64,000 nucleotides of DNA from Trueperaceae bacterium (lineage in GTDB: Bacteria > Deinococcota > Deinococci > Deinococcales > Trueperaceae), in assembly GCA_965214405.1 (NCBI GenBank), contig OZ243956.1, positions 3,296,001 to 3,360,000 on the forward strand, written 5' to 3'. Shown here piece by piece: positions 42,070 through 52,775 of this stretch (position 1 is the first letter of the stretch; each line of letters starts with the position of its first letter). The notes beneath the pieces are model-generated. The model saw nothing but the letters and a program-made list of their open reading frames with translations. It ran no database searches and was not told the origin of the DNA. A program made the position numbers and the translations under genes.

Positions 42070-43230
42070 TTAACGCAGCGAGCCTTGCGCGTCTCGAGCA
42101 GGACCGTATTCGGGGTCGATTTCCAGCGCGCGGGCGTAGGCGACCGCGGCCTCGGCGGCGTCTCCGGCCTCACCCCGCGCCTCGTAAGCCTGACCGAGCC
42201 AGTAGAACCCTTCAGCGGTCACGGGCGGCAGCAGCGCGCCTTTTTGCGCTTCGGTCACCGCGTCCGCAACGCGACCCTGCTGAAGGTATGCGCGCGCCAG
42301 ATAGGTGTAGAGCGGGGGTAAGCTACCGTTGCTCAGTTTAGCGGCCTGTTCTAAACGGGGCACAGCGCCCGCGACGTCGCCGCACTCGAAAAGCGCGATG
42401 GCGAGGTTGGCCGCGGCGGAGAGGTTGTTGGGGTCCAGACTCGTCGCCTGCGTGAGTTCGAATTCGGCGTCTTCGCAGTTCTCGAGCCTAAAGTACGTGT
42501 CGCCTAACTCACTATGCGCCTGCGCGCTCGCGGGGTCGAGGGTGACCGCGCGCTTAAAGGCGGTTTCCGCTTCTTCCAACTGCCCCAACTGGCGGTAGGT
42601 TTTGCCCAGGTTGATTTGCATCGCGGCGCGGTCGGTGGCGCTGTAAGTGTCTTCGGACGCGCCGCTGATGGCGTTTTGAAAGGCGGCCTGCGCGCCCGCG
42701 TAGTCGCCCGACTGATAAAGGATCACGGCCTTGGTGTTGGCGACGTCGGGGGTGCTCCCCAGACGCTCGGCGGTGGTGACGGCCTCGAGCGCGTCCACCA
42801 ACCTGTTTGGAAAACGCTGGCTGTCGCTCACGTACTGGTCAAGGTAGGCGCGCGCGAGCTGGTTGTAGGCGCTCACGCTGTTGGGGTTGCTCGAGATGAC
42901 GTTTTGATACTCCTGGACGCCCAAGTCGAACGCTTCTTGGCACACGAGCGCGTCGCCCTTGCCGATGGCGGCGGCCTCGTTGGTGGGCTCACGCTCCAAG
43001 GCTTGCTGGAACCTCAGTTGGGCCAGTTCGCAGCTGTCTCTCGAGAGGTAAAAGTCGGCCTCCTGGACGAGTTCTTCGACGCTCTGCGTCTCGGTCTGGG
43101 CCACCGTAAATGAGCCCGCCAGAAACAGGGTGAGGGGCAAAGCGAGGAGAAAGCACCGTAAAATATAACGAGTTTGTGTCAACCTATCCTCCATCACGGC
43201 TGAAGCCGTCGGGTTCTGAAATCGCGGCAT
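42070..43230 (-). CDS. Exported tetratricopeptide-repeat protein (start uncertain)
   Basis: Hydrophobic signal segment followed by multiple TPR motifs ending in xDP. Confidence 0.85.
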   Translation of the reverse strand: MPRFQNPTASAVMEDRLTQTRYILRCFLLALPLTLFLAGSFTVAQTETQSVEELVQEADFYLSRDSCELAQLRFQQALEREPTNEAAAIGKGDALVCQEAFDLGVQEYQNVISSNPNSVSAYNQLARAYLDQYVSDSQRFPNRLVDALEAVTTAERLGSTPDVANTKAVILYQSGDYAGAQAAFQNAISGASEDTYSATDRAAMQINLGKTYRQLGQLEEAETAFKRAVTLDPASAQAHSELGDTYFRLENCEDAEFELTQATSLDPNNLSAAANLAIALFECGDVAGAVPRLEQAAKLSNGSLPPLYTYLARAYLQQGRVADAVTEAQKGALLPPVTAEGFYWLGQAYEARGEAGDAAEAAVAYARALEIDPEYGPARDAQGSLR

Positions 43231-43346
43231 TTTAACCCCCTGAACGTGTCTCTGGCAAGCGCCCCGCGCGCCACCCGGGTCTCTATTTATCATGACCAAG
43301 GACTGTGAGAGCGGCGTGTGGGGCGGAAAAGGGGTCGCTTCAAACA

Positions 43347-44036
<690 letters not shown>

Positions 44037-44126
44037 GGAGGCTATCTTAACCCCTGCGGCCCGCGCCCCGTTACCCCAGAGGGTAGGGCTCGAGCCCCAA
44101 CATCTCCCAATTTCCCAGTGGACGGC

Positions 44127-44156
44127 GTCTACAAGAGGGCGCGCCCTCTTGTAGAC
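44127..44156. repeat. Perfect 30-bp palindrome in divergent intergenic region
   Basis: GTCTACAAGAGGGCG|CGCCCTCTTGTAGAC. Confidence 0.9.
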
Positions 44157-44190
44157 AGTACCTCCAAGCAAAGTGCCGTAAACTAACCCT

Positions 44191-44631
44191 ATGAAAGCCG
44201 TTGCGCTCATTGCCCACGATAAGAAAAAACTCGACTTGGCGATTTTTGCCAAAGACCACGCCCATATTCTTGAAAAGTTTCCGCTGATCGCCACCAACAC
44301 GACGGGGAGCGTGCTCGAGAGCAAGACCACGCTTCACGTCACGCACCTTTTATCGGGTCCGCAAGGCGGAGATTTGCAGGTGGGCGCGCGCATCGCCGAA
44401 GAGGGCGTGCTGGCGGTTATCTTTTTCCGCGACCCCTTGACCGCCCAGCCCCACGAGCCCGACGTGTCGGCCTTGATGCGGATTTGCGACGTGCATGAGG
44501 TGCCCCTGGCAACGAACTTGGGTACCGCGGTCGCCATCGTCGCGTGGCTCGAGGAGCAGTTGAGCGTGAACGAATTAGACGAAAGCGAGCGGTTGGAAAA
44601 AAGCGCACACTTAGAGGGCCGCCATGAGTAA
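44191..44631 (+). CDS. mgsA: Methylglyoxal synthase
   Basis: ALIAHDKKK, SGPQGGDLQ, DPLTAQPHEPDV. Confidence 0.96.
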   Translation: MKAVALIAHDKKKLDLAIFAKDHAHILEKFPLIATNTTGSVLESKTTLHVTHLLSGPQGGDLQVGARIAEEGVLAVIFFRDPLTAQPHEPDVSALMRICDVHEVPLATNLGTAVAIVAWLEEQLSVNELDESERLEKSAHLEGRHE

Positions 44632-44878
44632 AGACGTCGTCGCGGCTTTTTTGAAAGAGATGCGCGAGCAGCACAGGAACGAAATTGAGGCCATCGAACT
44701 GCCCGAGGGTACGGGGGAGTATCTGCTCGAGCGCGCCCACGCGGGCGACGTCGACATGCTCACCTTTATGCTCAAGCTCTCGTATTTGATGGGACTACAA
44801 ACCGGCTACGCGGCAGGCTCCGCTGAAGGAGAGGACGAGGGGCCTTTTAGCGCGCCGCGCGGCCCGCTGCAAGCGTAG
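44624..44878 (+). CDS. DdrH-like protein
   Basis: LPEG...FMLKL....G.Q.GYAAG...QA resembles Deinococcus DdrH as recalled from memory. Confidence 0.6.
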   Translation: MSKDVVAAFLKEMREQHRNEIEAIELPEGTGEYLLERAHAGDVDMLTFMLKLSYLMGLQTGYAAGSAEGEDEGPFSAPRGPLQA

Positions 44879-45040
44879 CGGCGTCGGCTAGCCGCCTCAC
44901 CCAACTTATGGGGGGAGCGCAGGCTTCTCCCCACCACTCTGTCCCCACCACCCTGTCCCCCCCGCTCCCCACGTCCCTATTCAGCCCACACCGACCCGCG
45001 CGCAACGCGAATTACCTGTGTAAATCATCTGCCGGTCCCG

Positions 45041-47119
45041 CTAGCTCACCTGAGCGAGACGCCGCGCCGAGAGTTCCAGAAGCCTCTCCTGCGCGTTCAG
45101 GCGTTTTTGGCCGGGGCTCCTTTTGGCGTGGCAGTATTGGCCGTCCTCCCTAAGCTCTCTGGCCTTGACGTTGTCGCGCAGCATGAGGTCGAACACTTGC
45201 GTGACTTTCTTTTTTAAGTGCGGGTCCTCGACGGGAAACACCGCCTCGACGCGGCTGTTGAGGTTGCGCTGCATCCAGTCGGCCGAGCCGACGTACAAAT
45301 CTTCAGCGCCGTTGTTGAGAAAGTAAAAGGCCCTCGAGTGCTCCAGAAACCGCCCGACAATGCTCCGCACGCGGATCGTCTCGCTTACGCCCGGTACTTG
45401 CGGGCGCAAGCAGCACACGCCCCGCACGATGAGGTCGATGTCGACCCCCGCCTGCGACGCGCGGTAGAGGGCGCGAATCACTTCCGGGTCGACAAGCTGA
45501 TTCATCTTGGCGATGATTTTGCCCTTGCGCTCCGCGCGGGCGTGCGCCTCCTCGCGTTCGATGGCCTCCAAGACCTTGCCCCGCAGCGTCGCCGGGGCCA
45601 CCCAGAGTTTGCGCCATTCGTGCTGTTTGGAAAAGCCTGTAAGGTAATTAAATAGCTCGGACGTGTCCGCCCCCAGGTCGGGGTCGCACGACAAGAGCGC
45701 GAAGTCGGTGTAGATGGTGCTGGTGCCGGGGTTATAGTTGCCGGTGCCCAAATGCACGTAGCGGCGGATTTCTCCGCCCTCGCGCCGAACCACCAGGAGC
45801 GCCTTGCAGTGCGTTTTGAGACCCGCGAAGCCGTAGACGACGTGGACGCCCGCGCGCTCCAATTCCCTCGCCCAGACGATGTTGTTTTCTTCGTCAAAGC
45901 GCGCTTTGAGTTCCACCAAGGCCGTCACCAGTTTGCCGTTGCCCGCCGCCTTGGCCAGAGCCGCCACCACGGGCGAGCGGCTGCCCACCCGGTAGAGCGT
46001 CTGTTTGATGGCGAGCACGTTGGGGTCTTCGGCGGCCTGCTCGATCATATTGAGAACCGCGTCAAACGCGTGAAAGGGGTGATGGATAAGGATGTCGCGC
46101 TTGCGAATCGCGTCGAAGATGTTGTTCTCGTTCCGGTACTCGGTGGGCAAACGCGTCACAAAGGGCGGGTAGCGCAGCGCGGGCAGGTCCAGAAGCGCGA
46201 GCTCCATAAAGTCGCCGACGTTGAGGTGATTTGAAACTTTGTACACGTCGTCCGGCGTGAGCCTCAGCGTGTCGCGCAGATAGGTCTGCCAGCTCTTGGG
46301 CATGTCGCGCGTCACCTCGAGCCTGACCGCGTCCCCCCAGCGGCGCTTCCTGACCTCGTCCTCGATCACGTGCAGGAGGTCGTCGGCCTCGTCCTCGGCG
46401 ATGTCGATGTCGGCGTTGCGGGTGATGCGAAAGGCGTGCGCGCGCTTGACCTCGTGACCGGGGAAAAGCGCGTCCACCTTGGCCTTGATGATGTCTTCTA
46501 AAAGCACAAAACGGTAGTTGGGCGCGTCTCCCTTGGCTTTGGGCAGCTTGAAAAAGCGCGGCAGCACGTTGGGCACCTGCACCACGGCGGTGTGCAGCTC
46601 GTCTTGCGTGGGGTCGTAAACGTCTAACATGAGCGAAAAAGAAAGGTTGGGCAGCCGCGGGAAGGGATGCCCCGAGTCCACCGCCAGGGGCGTCAGGACG
46701 GGGAAAAGCTCCTCGACGAAAAATTGCTCCACCGCCCGTTCGTCACGCTCGCTAAGCTCTTTCATGGGCACCAGCACCACGCCGTGCTCGGCCAGCACGG
46801 GCAGAACGTCTCCCAGCACGCGCCTGTGGAGGTCGATCATCGGGTGAAGGCGCTCGCAGATCGCCTGTTGTTGCTCCGGGGGCGTCATCCCGTCGGCGGT
46901 GCGCTTGACGATGCCCGCCGCGACCTGCTCCTTGAGGCCCGCATAGCGAATCATCATGAACTCGTCTAGGTTGGTCCCGAAGATAGCCAAAAACTTGAGG
47001 CGCTCCAAAAGCGGGTTGGTTTCGTCGACGGCCTCCTCGAGCACCCGCTCGTTAAACTTGAGCCACGATAGCTCGCGGTTAAAATAGTATTGTGGGTCGC
47101 GCAAATCGGGGTCGGCCAT
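45041..47119 (-). CDS. ppk1: Polyphosphate kinase 1
   Basis: NRELSWL.FN.RVL, IKQTLYR, ELKARFDEENN, KTHCK, GRFLEHSR. Confidence 0.97.
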   Translation of the reverse strand: MADPDLRDPQYYFNRELSWLKFNERVLEEAVDETNPLLERLKFLAIFGTNLDEFMMIRYAGLKEQVAAGIVKRTADGMTPPEQQQAICERLHPMIDLHRRVLGDVLPVLAEHGVVLVPMKELSERDERAVEQFFVEELFPVLTPLAVDSGHPFPRLPNLSFSLMLDVYDPTQDELHTAVVQVPNVLPRFFKLPKAKGDAPNYRFVLLEDIIKAKVDALFPGHEVKRAHAFRITRNADIDIAEDEADDLLHVIEDEVRKRRWGDAVRLEVTRDMPKSWQTYLRDTLRLTPDDVYKVSNHLNVGDFMELALLDLPALRYPPFVTRLPTEYRNENNIFDAIRKRDILIHHPFHAFDAVLNMIEQAAEDPNVLAIKQTLYRVGSRSPVVAALAKAAGNGKLVTALVELKARFDEENNIVWARELERAGVHVVYGFAGLKTHCKALLVVRREGGEIRRYVHLGTGNYNPGTSTIYTDFALLSCDPDLGADTSELFNYLTGFSKQHEWRKLWVAPATLRGKVLEAIEREEAHARAERKGKIIAKMNQLVDPEVIRALYRASQAGVDIDLIVRGVCCLRPQVPGVSETIRVRSIVGRFLEHSRAFYFLNNGAEDLYVGSADWMQRNLNSRVEAVFPVEDPHLKKKVTQVFDLMLRDNVKARELREDGQYCHAKRSPGQKRLNAQERLLELSARRLAQVS

Positions 47120-47498
47120 CTGTCAAGCCTAACAAATTCCTGCGTGAGAGCTTGTGCTCCCCACGCCCCATCCCCAAAAAATAGGGTTTTGAAATCAGGC
47201 TTGTATAGCAAGAACGCTCTGGTACAGCAGGAAAACTCTGGTTTGAGCGAGACCCGGCATATCAGTTACCGTGCAGGACGTAGTTCAAGGATGTTTAGGA
47301 AACGACGTTTGAGGGATGACACTTGCGTTGATAGACTCGGCGTAAACGAAAACCGCTATAGACCGACAACTGCCTGAGTGAGACGGACGTGCGGCAGCAG
47401 GGCGAGGCGATACGCAGCAGCGCGTGCCGGAAAGGCCCCTACACCTATCCCACACCTAATACGCATATCTACGCAGGTCAGAAAAGGATCAATATCTA

Positions 47499-47512
47499 AG
47501 GACAATTGTCCT
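47499..47512. promoter_or_regulatory. 14-bp palindrome, candidate operator
   Basis: AGGACAATTGTCCT upstream of ctaA. Confidence 0.5.
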
Positions 47513-47707
47513 CTGAAAATCGGTTTATACTTTAGCTACTTTGTACGAATTGTCTTTTGTCCACTTATCCTTTTATCCGAGCCGCCCAACTGTTTTAGCC
47601 GATCGTTTAGCGCTTTGTCAGCCTGAGGGCGCGCTCGAGCCGCGTAGATTCAAGCGAACCCTAAGCCAGACATCAAGAGGGACGTTAAAGACCGAGGGGG
47701 CCGAAAC

Positions 47708-48730
47708 ATGAGGGGCATGATGCGCAACGTTTCAACGCCTGTGCTCGCGTGGGTGGCTGCGCTCTCCACCTGGGCGCTGATCGTTCAGGGGGCGGTGGTG
47801 CGGGCCACGGGGTCGGGCGCGGGCTGCGGCTCTCACTGGCCAACCTGTAACGGCACCATCGTGCCGCTGTCGCCGAGCACGGAAACGCTTGTGGAATTTT
47901 CGCACCGGCTGCTCTCGCTCCTCATTTTGGGGTTCGGGGCCTGGCTGCTCGTGCGGGCGTTCAGGAGCCGCAAGGCGAATCCGGGGCTCTGGGTCTTCTC
48001 GCTCGCGGCCTTTATATTTCTCCTCACCGAAGCGCTGTTGGGGGCGGCCACGGTGCTGTTCGGTCTCACGGGTGAGAACGCGACGGTGGCGCGCGGGCTG
48101 ATGGTCTCGGCGCACCTCGTCAACTCGCTTTTGCTGATAGGCGCGTTTACGGGAGCGGTGGTGTACGCCAAAGAGGGTAGGGGGCTTTGGCCGCTCAATG
48201 TGCGTAAGCAAGGCTTACTTGCAACCGTGCTCGGCCTGGGGCTCACGGGGATGCTCCTGCTCATGTTTTCGGGCGGCATCGCGGCGATGGGCGATACCAT
48301 GTTTCCGGCCTCGAGCCTCCGCGAGGGCCTAGCCCAGGATTTTCACCCCGAAGCGCACCCCCTGATTCGCCTGCGCATCTTGCACCCGCTTATCGCCATT
48401 ACCGTAGGCATTTATCTTTTTCTAAGCCTCGGGCTGTCCTGGCTCCTCAAGCCGGTGAGCGCGGCCAAGCGCATCGCCCAAGTGCTTTTCGGCGTGTACG
48501 TGGCGCAGCTCGTGATTGGCTCCGCCAACTTGGCGTTTCTGGCCCCCATCCCCCTACAACTTTTGCACCTCACCACGGCGACGCTCGCGTTCGCGCTGCT
48601 CGCCGCGCTCTCCGTTTACGCGCTCGGGGAGGGCGCGGGCGTGACGCAAGGGGCGACGCAAGGCGCAAAGCAACCTGTGAAAGACCCTGCCGAACCCTCC
48701 TTTGCACCGCTGGGTGCTGAAAAGGCGTGA
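47708..48730 (+). CDS. ctaA: Heme A synthase (COX15/CtaA family)
   Basis: VRATGSGAGC..WPTC, EFSHR, LHP, LLHL. Confidence 0.85.
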   Translation: MRGMMRNVSTPVLAWVAALSTWALIVQGAVVRATGSGAGCGSHWPTCNGTIVPLSPSTETLVEFSHRLLSLLILGFGAWLLVRAFRSRKANPGLWVFSLAAFIFLLTEALLGAATVLFGLTGENATVARGLMVSAHLVNSLLLIGAFTGAVVYAKEGRGLWPLNVRKQGLLATVLGLGLTGMLLLMFSGGIAAMGDTMFPASSLREGLAQDFHPEAHPLIRLRILHPLIAITVGIYLFLSLGLSWLLKPVSAAKRIAQVLFGVYVAQLVIGSANLAFLAPIPLQLLHLTTATLAFALLAALSVYALGEGAGVTQGATQGAKQPVKDPAEPSFAPLGAEKA

Positions 48731-48731
48731 T

Positions 48732-49640
48732 GTGAAAACGCAAACGATATCTGTACCCGCTCGAGCCACCTGGCGCGACTACGTCACGATGACCAAACCC
48801 AAAGTCATAAGCCTTTTACTCCTCACCACGGTGGGCGCAATGTTCATCGCGGCCAAGGGCTTTCCGGGTTGGCTGCCGCTCTTCGGCTTGACGTTGGGCG
48901 GCTACATGTCCGCGGGCGCGGCGGGTGTATTCAACATGGTCTACGACCGCGACATCGACGGGCGCATGAAACGAACCGCCAAACGCCCCACGGTGACCTC
49001 GGTGGTGCCGACCTCGCACGCGCTTATCTTTGGCGTCGCCCTGACCGCCGCGTCGTTTCTCGTCATTACGCTCACCTCCAACGTTTTGGCCGCTCTTTTG
49101 TCGTGGGCGGGCATCGCGTTTTACGTGATTATCTACACGATGTGGCTAAAGCGGAGCACCTGGCAAAACATCGTCATCGGCGGGGCGGCGGGGGCGATCC
49201 CGCCCTTGGTTGGCTGGGCGGCGGTCACGGGACACTTGAGCCTCTTGGCCTGGCTCTTGTTCGCGCTCGTGTTCGCCTGGACGCCCGTCCACTTTTGGGC
49301 GCTCGCCATTATGATCAAAGACGACTACAGCGCGGTGGGCGTGCCGATGGCCCCGAGCGTGATCGGCGAACGCGCGACCGTGATGCAAATGGTGATGTAC
49401 GCGGTCCTGACCGTCGCGCTGACGCTCATCCCGTTTGCCATGAACGAATTTTCTCCCGTCTACTTTTTCGCGGCGCTCGCGCTCAACGTGGTGCTGGGGT
49501 TGCGGGTCTTTAGGCTGTTCGTGCTTGCTCGAGCGGGTACGCCCATCGACCGGCCCACGGCGCTGAGCCTTTATAAGTATTCGATGGCTTATCTCGCGCT
49601 GGTCTTTTTAAGCATGGCCTTAGACCGTATCTTTTTGTAG
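48732..49640 (+). CDS. ctaB: Protoheme IX farnesyltransferase
   Basis: TKPKV, DRDIDGRMKRT..RP, IGGAAGAIPP, WTPVHFWAL. Confidence 0.95.
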   Translation: MKTQTISVPARATWRDYVTMTKPKVISLLLLTTVGAMFIAAKGFPGWLPLFGLTLGGYMSAGAAGVFNMVYDRDIDGRMKRTAKRPTVTSVVPTSHALIFGVALTAASFLVITLTSNVLAALLSWAGIAFYVIIYTMWLKRSTWQNIVIGGAAGAIPPLVGWAAVTGHLSLLAWLLFALVFAWTPVHFWALAIMIKDDYSAVGVPMAPSVIGERATVMQMVMYAVLTVALTLIPFAMNEFSPVYFFAALALNVVLGLRVFRLFVLARAGTPIDRPTALSLYKYSMAYLALVFLSMALDRIFL

Positions 49641-49657
49641 AAGGTGGGCAGATAACC

Positions 49658-50458
49658 TTGTCACCTTACGCCACACTTCTAAAACCTCGTTGGATTGCGG
49701 GCCACTTGTTCGCGCTCGCGTTGGTGGTGCTTTTCGTCTCGCTCGGGTTCTGGCAACTCAAACGGGGCGGGGAGCGGGAGCGTTACAACGCGCTGCTTAC
49801 CGCCCGCTTAGAGGCCCTCCCGAGTTCCTTTGAAACTTTGAACTCCCAGTATTCGCTCGCCGCCCCCGCCGAAGAGGGCGACGCCGTCGCCTACCGCCGC
49901 GCGGCGCTCTCCGGACGCTTCGACCCCGAACACGAGGTGCTGCTGCGTTCGCGCGCGCTAGACGGTCAACCGGGCTACCACGTGCTGACGCCCTTGGTTA
50001 TAGCGGGAGACCGCGCGCTGCTCGTGAACCGTGGCTGGGTGCCTTACGCGCTCAACACGCCGCCCGTTGCCGAAGCCGCGCCGCCGGAAGGAACGGTCGA
50101 GGTGACGGGCATCCTCTTCCCGCGCCAGATACCTACGGGCGGTCTTTCGCCCAGAGACTCGGCGGAGGGGCGTCTGGAAACTGTCGCCTGGGTGGATACG
50201 GAGCGCTTAGAAAAACAGATGCCCTATACGCTCGAGCCCCTCTACCTAGAACTCACCACGCAGACGCCCGCTCAGGCGGGTAATTTACCCGTACCCCCGC
50301 CGCCGCCCGAACTCGAGCCGGGGCCGCACCTGTCCTACGCGCTCCAGTGGTTCTCGTTCGCGCTCATCGGGGTGATCGGCTACACTTCGCTCATGCGGCA
50401 AATCGTGCGCGAGGCGGCGGCACCCGAGCGCACGCGGAAACGCGTCAAAGCGTCCTAA
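49658..50458 (+). CDS. SURF1-family protein
   Basis: LGFWQL.R, GYHVLTPL, VNRGWVP, HLSYALQWF. Confidence 0.93.
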   Translation: MSPYATLLKPRWIAGHLFALALVVLFVSLGFWQLKRGGERERYNALLTARLEALPSSFETLNSQYSLAAPAEEGDAVAYRRAALSGRFDPEHEVLLRSRALDGQPGYHVLTPLVIAGDRALLVNRGWVPYALNTPPVAEAAPPEGTVEVTGILFPRQIPTGGLSPRDSAEGRLETVAWVDTERLEKQMPYTLEPLYLELTTQTPAQAGNLPVPPPPPELEPGPHLSYALQWFSFALIGVIGYTSLMRQIVREAAAPERTRKRVKAS

Positions 50459-50614
50459 AACCTCTAAAAAAGAAACGCCGGAGGGGTTCTGTAAGCCCCT
50501 TCGTATTTATCTTTTGGCTCGTCCGTTCAGAATGTAAAGAGAGGGTGAGCCTCGCCGGGGAATTGCCGGACTCCAACCGCTGAACCCAGCTCACCCCATC
50601 ACGAGGGGGAACCT

Positions 50615-51472
50615 ATGTCAGACGATAACAACATACCCGCGCAGCACCAGGACCGCCAACCGGGGCTCGAGAGCGAGATGACGCCCAGGCCGAGTTTCGA
50701 AAACCCCGACTACCGGGGCAGCGGCAAGCTTCAAGACAAGGTCGCCATCATCACGGGCGGCGACTCAGGCATTGGCCGCGCGGTCGCGGTCTACTTCGCC
50801 AAAGAGGGCGCGGACGTGGCGGTGATTTACCTCAATGAACACGAGGACGCCGAGGAGACGCAGCGGCAGGTCGAGCAGGAGGGGCGGCGCTGCTTGCTCC
50901 TCGCGGGCGACATCGGCCAGGAGGGTTTTTGCCAGGACGCGGTCAGAAAAACCGTGACCGAATTTGATAAGCTCGACGTGCTGGTCAACAACGCGGCTGA
51001 GCAGCATCCGCAGGAGAGCATCCAGGATATTTCTGGCGAACAGCTCGAGCGCACCTTCCGCACCAACATTTTCGGGATGTTCTACATGACCAAGGCGGCT
51101 CTGGAGTTCATGCCCGAGGGGAGCGCCATCGTCAACTCGTGCTCGGTCACCGCCTTTCGCGGCGCACCGACGCTACTCGACTACGCCTCGACAAAGGGGG
51201 CCATCGTCGCCTTTACCCGCTCCCTGGCGCAGAACCTGGCCGACCAAAATATCCGCGTCAACTCGGTCGCGCCGGGACCCGTCTGGACGCCGCTCATCCC
51301 TTCGACCTTTGATAAAGAAAAGGTAGACAAGTTCGGCGAGAACGTGCCGATGAAGCGGCCCGCACAACCCGAGGAGATCGCGCCAAGTTATGTGTTTCTG
51401 GCTTCACAAGACGCCTCTTACATTACCGGGCAGACGATTCACCCCAACGGCGGCGAGGTGGTGGGCGGGTAA
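50615..51472 (+). CDS. General-stress SDR oxidoreductase (YdaD/YhdF-like)
   Basis: QPG.ESEM.P.P, TGGDSGIG, NNAAEQH, YASTKGAI, PGPVWTP. Confidence 0.9.
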   Translation: MSDDNNIPAQHQDRQPGLESEMTPRPSFENPDYRGSGKLQDKVAIITGGDSGIGRAVAVYFAKEGADVAVIYLNEHEDAEETQRQVEQEGRRCLLLAGDIGQEGFCQDAVRKTVTEFDKLDVLVNNAAEQHPQESIQDISGEQLERTFRTNIFGMFYMTKAALEFMPEGSAIVNSCSVTAFRGAPTLLDYASTKGAIVAFTRSLAQNLADQNIRVNSVAPGPVWTPLIPSTFDKEKVDKFGENVPMKRPAQPEEIAPSYVFLASQDASYITGQTIHPNGGEVVGG

Positions 51473-51578
51473 AGGGGAGCCCAAGCTTTTCGTCGCTAGA
51501 CGTGAGCGCACTGGACCCACGGGCGCTGCCGGAGTCTAAAGAGATGGGTCAAAAGGTTTTTTGAGGGGTCGACGCCAC

Positions 51579-52697
51579 CTAAAGCTCGCACCCCTGCATC
51601 GACTCCTCGATAAGCCAATCCACCACCTTCTTGAGGTCGCCCGTCTCCTCGAAGATAGCTAGCTGCCGGTCGGCGCTCGAGCCCCTCTCCAAAATCGTGA
51701 ACACGTGCTCGACCTCTTTGCGGGTGCCTAAGTCGTCCAGTACGTCATCCACAAACTCGACGAGTTCTTCTAAGAGTCTCTTGGCGGGCAATTCTTCGCG
51801 CCTGCCGAAGTCGATAAACTTGCCGTGAATCCCGTAGCGCACCGCGCGCCACTTGTTCTCCTCGATCATGGGCAGCGGGTAGCGGCGGAAGGTCACGTTG
51901 TCCTTGCGCATCTTGTAATGCTTTAGAATCAGCGCCTGAAAGATCGCGGCGCAGCAGACCGCGTCGTCAACATTCGTGCAGAGGTCGCAGATGCGGAACT
52001 CCAGGGTCGGGTAGGTGTGGTGCGGGCGCAGGTCCCAGTAGAGTTTGGAGGCGTTGGGGATGCAGCCCGTCTGGACGAGCGTGTCGATGAGGTTGAGGTA
52101 GTCCGCGTGCGACGTAAACTCGATGGGCAGCCCCGTACGCGGGAAGTGCTTGAAGTGCGCGCTGCGGTAGCTCTGGAGGCCGGTGTCGCGCCCCTCCCAG
52201 AAGGGCGACGAGGCGGAGAGCGCCAGCACGTGCGGGGTCATGTAACGCACCGTGTTCATCGCGTCCACCGCGAACTCGGGGTCCTCGATGCCGATGTGAA
52301 CGTGCATCCCGAAAATGAGGAGCTTGCGCGCCAAGTCCTGCATGTCCTCCAAGATGCCCTCGTAACGCTCAAAGGGGGTGATGTCTTGGTTCTGCCAGGA
52401 TGAAAAGGGATGCGTCCCCGCCGCCGCGATGCGCGCCCCGCTCTCTTCTGCCAAGCTATTCACCTTACAGCGCAGGTCGATGAGTTCGTCCCTCGCCTCC
52501 TGCACGCTCTCGCACGGGGTGGTGCCGACCTCGACAATGCTCTGGTGCAGCTCGGGCTTGAGGTCGAGCCGCCGCAGGATGCTGCGGTCGCCCTCCAAAA
52601 ACTTGGTGATGTAACTTTTTAACTCCCGCGTCTCGGGGTCGATAATCTGATATTCCTCTTCGATGCCGACGGTGAGTGAGGGGCGTTTCACGCTCAC
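51579..52697 (-). CDS. Carboxylate-amine ligase (GCS2/YbdK family)
   Basis: GIEEEYQ, AAGTHPF, GMHVHIG, SSPFW, WDLRP, LEFRICD. Confidence 0.92.
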   Translation of the reverse strand: MSVKRPSLTVGIEEEYQIIDPETRELKSYITKFLEGDRSILRRLDLKPELHQSIVEVGTTPCESVQEARDELIDLRCKVNSLAEESGARIAAAGTHPFSSWQNQDITPFERYEGILEDMQDLARKLLIFGMHVHIGIEDPEFAVDAMNTVRYMTPHVLALSASSPFWEGRDTGLQSYRSAHFKHFPRTGLPIEFTSHADYLNLIDTLVQTGCIPNASKLYWDLRPHHTYPTLEFRICDLCTNVDDAVCCAAIFQALILKHYKMRKDNVTFRRYPLPMIEENKWRAVRYGIHGKFIDFGRREELPAKRLLEELVEFVDDVLDDLGTRKEVEHVFTILERGSSADRQLAIFEETGDLKKVVDWLIEESMQGCEL

Positions 52698-52775
52698 GGC
52701 TGCCTCCTTGGGTGATGCGAGTGGTCTATCTTATCCCAGATGAAGCGTGTTGAGCAAAAGGGCTATAGTAAACGC

